From an uncultured Burkholderiales bacterium (GTDB lineage Bacteria > Pseudomonadota > Gammaproteobacteria > Burkholderiales > Eutrophovitaceae), in assembly GCA_963925895.1 (NCBI GenBank), contig CAWUVH010000011.1, forward strand, positions 99,121 through 163,120: a stretch of 64,000 nucleotides of DNA. The letters run 5' to 3'. Shown piece after piece: positions 62,899 through 64,000 of the stretch (position 1 is its first letter; every line of letters starts with the position of its first letter). The translations under genes were made by a program, and so were the position numbers. A model generated the notes under the pieces. The model ran no database searches and had not been told where the DNA came from. It saw only the letters and a program-made list of their open reading frames with translations.

Positions 62899-64000
62899 TC
62901 AAGATGAGGCAGTCTTTTCTCCGCGATTCTCCTCGTCCTGACTCGCCCTTCGATAGCGTCGATCGGAAACTGCCAGGACTCCACCGAGAGCCATCAAAAA
63001 CGCGCCACCCCAAATCCAATCGACAAATGGTTTCAAATAGACACGAACCACCCAAGACCCGTCATTAAGAGGTTCTCCGAGCGAAATATAAAGATCTCTA
63101 GTGAAACCCGTGTCAATCGCGGCCTCAGTCATTGGCATTTGCTGTACGGTATACAGTCTTTTTTGAGGGAACATCCTGTCGACTTCTTTACCATCGACCA
63201 ATATTGCCATGGAGCCTTCAACTCCGGTGTAATTTGGCCCCTTCAAATCTTTAAGTGCATCCAGGCGAATCGTATACTCACCGATTGTCACCGTATTACC
63301 AAGTGACATTTTGACGTCCTTCTCGACCTCATAACCATTCACGAGCGTAACACCAACAATAAACACGGCCACCCCCCAATGCGCGAACAACATACCGTAA
63401 TAGGCATTTGGTATCGCGAGAAATGAACCTAATAACGTTCTGCCTTCTCCCGATGACATTTGCTTGAGTCTCGTCCACAAATTCACAAGTCCGGCTAAAG
63501 CAATCCAAGTGGCCATCAATAACCCAAAACTTACCAATATGCTCCAATCACCCATGGCGAACGGCATCAATAGCGCCGATATTACCGCAATGGCAAAGGC
63601 CCATTTCAATTTCACGGCTAACTCTGGCACAGAGGATTTTTTCCATCGCGCAATCGGACCAATACCCATCAAGAACATAGCTGGCACCATAATCGGAACG
63701 AATACAGCATCAAAATATGGCGGTCCTACCGAAATTTTGCCAAATCCCAGGGCATCAAGAAATAGAGGATAAAGCGTACCTAACAATACTGACGCTGCAG
63801 CAACGACAAGCAACACATTATTTGCGAGCAATGCTGACTCACGCGAAATCAAACTAAATCGCCCTCCAAGCCCAACCTTAGGGGCCCTCCAAGCGAACAG
63901 CAGGAGAGATGAGCCCACCACAAACACCAAAAACCCAAGGATGAAAACTCCTCGCTCAGGATCTGTGGCGAAGGCGTGCACAGAGGTCAACACCCCAGAC
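62899..64000 (-). CDS. ccmF: Cytochrome c heme lyase subunit CcmF, C-terminal part; the gene runs off the right edge
   Basis: Polytopic membrane protein in the open frame to the window end (the track's internal M is an artefact). It has the CcmF-type periplasmic segment (TV.QMPMTEA.ID) and sits upstream of ccmGHI. Confidence 0.85.
   Translation of the reverse strand, partial: SGVLTSVHAFATDPERGVFILGFLVFVVGSSLLLFAWRAPKVGLGGRFSLISRESALLANNVLLVVAAASVLLGTLYPLFLDALGFGKISVGPPYFDAVFVPIMVPAMFLMGIGPIARWKKSSVPELAVKLKWAFAIAVISALLMPFAMGDWSILVSFGLLMATWIALAGLVNLWTRLKQMSSGEGRTLLGSFLAIPNAYYGMLFAHWGVAVFIVGVTLVNGYEVEKDVKMSLGNTVTIGEYTIRLDALKDLKGPNYTGVEGSMAILVDGKEVDRMFPQKRLYTVQQMPMTEAAIDTGFTRDLYISLGEPLNDGSWVVRVYLKPFVDWIWGGAFLMALGGVLAVSDRRYRRASQDEENRGEKTASS

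Overview
The window is a tightly packed chromosomal segment with about 59 protein-coding genes and one tRNA. Most gaps are under 150 bp. I recognised no rRNA, CRISPR array, transposase, integrase or phage gene. Nearly everything is conserved housekeeping. On the minus strand these are uppS-frr-pyrH-tsf-rpsB, rlmB-rnr, purA-hisZ-DUF2065-hflCKX-hfq-der-bamB-yfgM-hisS-ispG-rlmN-ndk, tilS, accA, ggt, a TolC-like porin and folD. Further along come ispDF, mfd, an IscR-headed Fe-S cluster operon, cysE-trmJ facing suhB-mutS, selO, mltB and ccmFGHI. The synteny (der-hfq-hflX, hisZ-purA) and an AT-leaning composition (roughly mid-40s % GC from a few lines counted by eye, not computed) suggest a streamlined betaproteobacterium; this is inference only. 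I found no convincing novel system of the defence, mobile or toxin kind. Three things deserve a second look. (1) A nine-gene plus-strand accessory operon (29454-39747) splits PaaG-like and PaaH-like CoA-thioester enzymes with a NodT/MacA/split-MacB efflux pump. It ends with a secreted 694-aa hydrolase-fold protein that has no visible nucleophile motif and an MsAcT-like SGNH acyltransferase. (2) The canonical ISC locus context (suhB facing trmJ-cysE-iscR-iscS) has sufBCD-sufS-sufU-nfu-Rieske where iscU-hscBA-fdx would be, behind a near-consensus IscR type-1 box. (3) A stand-alone cytoplasmic molybdoenzyme of unknown substrate. All identifications rest on reading the translations against remembered family motifs and E. 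coli homologues. No database search or computation was run.
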